A DNA stretch of 64,000 bases from Chrysomallon squamiferum (lineage: Eukaryota > Animalia > Mollusca): the NCBI GenBank assembly GCA_012295275.1, contig CM022675.1, forward strand, positions 3,906,001 to 3,970,000. Reading direction: 5' to 3'. The notes under the pieces are model-generated. The model was not told where the DNA came from and made no database searches. It saw nothing but the letters and a program-made list of their open reading frames with translations. The position numbers and the translations under genes were made by a program. Numbering within the stretch: the stretch's first letter is position 1; each line of letters starts with the position of its first letter. This document shows, piece by piece, positions 61,067-64,000 of the stretch.

Positions 61067-62316
61067 AAAGAAGAAGAAGAAGAACAACAACAACAACAAG
61101 ATATAAAAAAAACATTAACAAATATATTTACATTTCATAGTGTAAATACAAATTTCAGAAACATTTTTAGTTTTATAGATAAAAAACAACATAAAAACAA
61201 TCAAGAAAGAAATACTAAACAAAACAAAACAAAAACAATCAACAAAAAACAAACGAACCAAAAACAAAGGTCTTCGATGGTTATAAAGAATACTCTACAT
61301 AACAAAGTAACTTAATAAATAAAAGAAAAGAAAATAAGTAAATAGTAAGTAAATAAATAAATAGATGAATGAATGAATGTATACACAAAATAAATATTAC
61401 AAACTGATGAGAACTAACATATTTGCATAACTAAGCTATTTTTTATTTTTATTAGCTTTTTAAAAGAAATATTTTTCAAAAGTTAAAATACATCCCGCTA
61501 ACTGGCCTTAATAAATAAAAAGAAAAAAACTGACATATATTAAATTACAATTAAAACATTTTCATTACAAATCCAAACTAATATAATTGTTATTTAATAC
61601 CTTTCTCTGAATATAATTATAAAAAAAAAAAAAATAGTGGTAGTAAAATAAACAATAAAAAAATCAAATAATAAGAAGAAAGAAATGGTCTCCGTAATCA
61701 GCTGCTTGAAGCCAATCAATTAACAGCAAATCAACCAATTACTAACGAGTTAGCAACGAAGCGTGAAACTTACACAGAAATTATCCAATCGCTGCCTGGT
61801 TAACAAGACGTGGGCAGGGCTGTCACTGGCTGGTCTCGGCGGGGATGAGATTTCGCGAGATTGTGGCGGATAAACCGCAGGACACTGAAATCAAAGAGAT
61901 GAGGCGACGCGATAGACAAATATAGCCCCACGTGACCGCCTAACGACCTTTTAAACGATATTTATTGATACTGAACAAGCTGGTGTCGTGAAGAACGTGT
62001 TTTCGTTGCTTGTCTGATTCCGATAATAATATGAACAAAACAGTGGAAACAGACGGCGTTAAGAAAAATAACAACTAAAAAAAACAAACAAACAAACAAA
62101 CAGGGTTAAATATAACTATTGCTGCTATAATTATTGTCGTTGATGCTGTGTTTGTTGTTGTTGTTGTTGTTGTTGTTTCTGTTGTAATTCATTGTTTAAT
62201 TTTAATTTTGATCTTTCCATAAAATATTATTTTATTTTATTTTTATTTTCTTGTGAAATAAAGATTTTTCTCTGTTATGCTATTCATATTGGAATTTACG
62301 TTTTGCATTAGATCCA

Positions 62317-62365
<49 letters not shown>

Positions 62366-63499
62366 TTAATAACAGCAACAACAACAACAATAATAATAAT
62401 AATACAATAATAACAATCTTAACAATTTAATTTATTTTGACTACTGTTGTCGCTATTATACTATTAATAATAATAATAGTAATAAAATATCTTAGATTTA
62501 ATTTGTTTGTGTTATTTAGTAATTTTCTTATATTCTGACATAAACAGACTTCCTTTTATACACTACAACAACAACAACAACACCAACTGCAACAACTACT
62601 AATACTATTACTATCTCTTTTACTTTGCTGTTGCTTCTGCTACAAGAACTGTTACTACTATTTTTGCTACAACAGTGAATCATAATAATAATAAAGCAGT
62701 TTAAACCTCAGAAAAAATAATAACAATAAAAAAAAAAAAAAAAAAAACTGTTGAAAGAAAATATTTATCTATTAGCGACTTGTTCCGGAAAGCGACTGTG
62801 ACATGCGCGGAATGCGTCTTGCATCGCCGGAACTCAATGCTGGACTCGATGACAGCAGCGAGGCTGAAGCAGCCTGACAAATCGAGACTGGCCGTGTCAA
62901 AGTGTCATCCGAGGGGTTACCGAGCACAACCTGTGTCCGGTAATCATAATCTACATTCTTTCTCTGTATCGACTTTTATTCGTGCAACAAAAGCAATCAC
63001 CCGACTTGACCTGTTTTTTTTGTTTTTTTTAGTAAATAACCTTTTTTTTAATAGTCGGGTTAGCGTTGTATCCAAACAGCAGCGATAATTGTAGAAAATT
63101 GCTTGAATTGACGTTAATAAACAGACAGTCACGGGCTGAAAGGGGCTGGGTGGGAGTCGCTTGTGGTTTGTCAACGTGGGTGGAATGTTGAGTCGGCTTT
63201 GTCGACGCGTTGACACCAAGTGTAGAAAAAAAAAAACTTTAAAACTTTCTCCCAGGCGTTCTACGGTTACTTAAATGAATAAATTATTTAATGAATGAAT
63301 AAATAATCAAACAAACAAACAAACGAACAGACGAACAAACGAATAAATAAATAAATAAATAGTGAATATAATGGTGATGATGTTAACGACATGTGATGTA
63401 AATGATGATGATAACGAAGACGACAAGAACATTCAGAACAAACAACGACAACAATAGCAACAATAATGATAAATATGATTATGATGATGATGGTAATGA

Positions 63500-63540
<41 letters not shown>

Positions 63541-63880
63541 TAATAACAAAATAAATAATAAATAAATAATAATAATAGTATCAAAAATAACAACAATAAC
63601 AACAACAGCAACAACAAAAATTGTAATAATAAGAGAATAATAAGAGAATTTCAAATTTATTGAATATCGCGTTTTACTGTTTGGTAAGTATAAAATAATT
63701 GCAAATAACTTCATTTACTCTGATGTACAACAATTCTAGATAAAAATATGGACGTGTAATTCAATGTATATAAGTTTTAAAGCGATTTCAGTATTTTAAA
63801 CCATCACTGAAACTCAATAAAATGATCACTAAGTCTAATGAATATAATTTGAATTACTTATATTATAATTAAAGCACTAT

Positions 63881-63953
<73 letters not shown>

Positions 63954-64000
63954 TTATTATTCTAATATCTAGTTCACATAATTATCTTCGTCTGCTTTCG

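Overview
AT-rich, microsatellite-saturated animal genomic DNA. The gene content and SINE-like relics suggest a lophotrochozoan, probably a mollusc (inference). Almost all ORFs in the supplied track are simple-repeat artefacts. Reading splice sites by hand gives two spliced + strand genes. (1) A 10-exon gene (CDS 606..7316, ~342 aa) largely missed by the ORF track, encoding a signal peptide, two WSC-like domains, one transmembrane helix and a short tail. It has a 25-nt micro-exon with a GC donor and tandemly duplicated splice junctions. (2) The even-skipped homeobox gene Evx (3 coding exons, 12702..25965, 309 aa). Four near-identical tRNA-Ile(AAT) genes sit in and just downstream of Evx. One is antisense inside the intron that splits the homeobox, and a convergent pair is placed almost symmetrically around a ~230-bp fold-back element. 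The remaining ~32 kb has no recognisable protein-coding exons. It consists of CpG-containing unique islands rich in TCF, TCACGTGA, CRE, Su(H) and CTCF-like motifs between microsatellite tracts, plus degenerate SINEs and a 57-bp minisatellite, consistent with an Evx regulatory landscape. No database searches were run.
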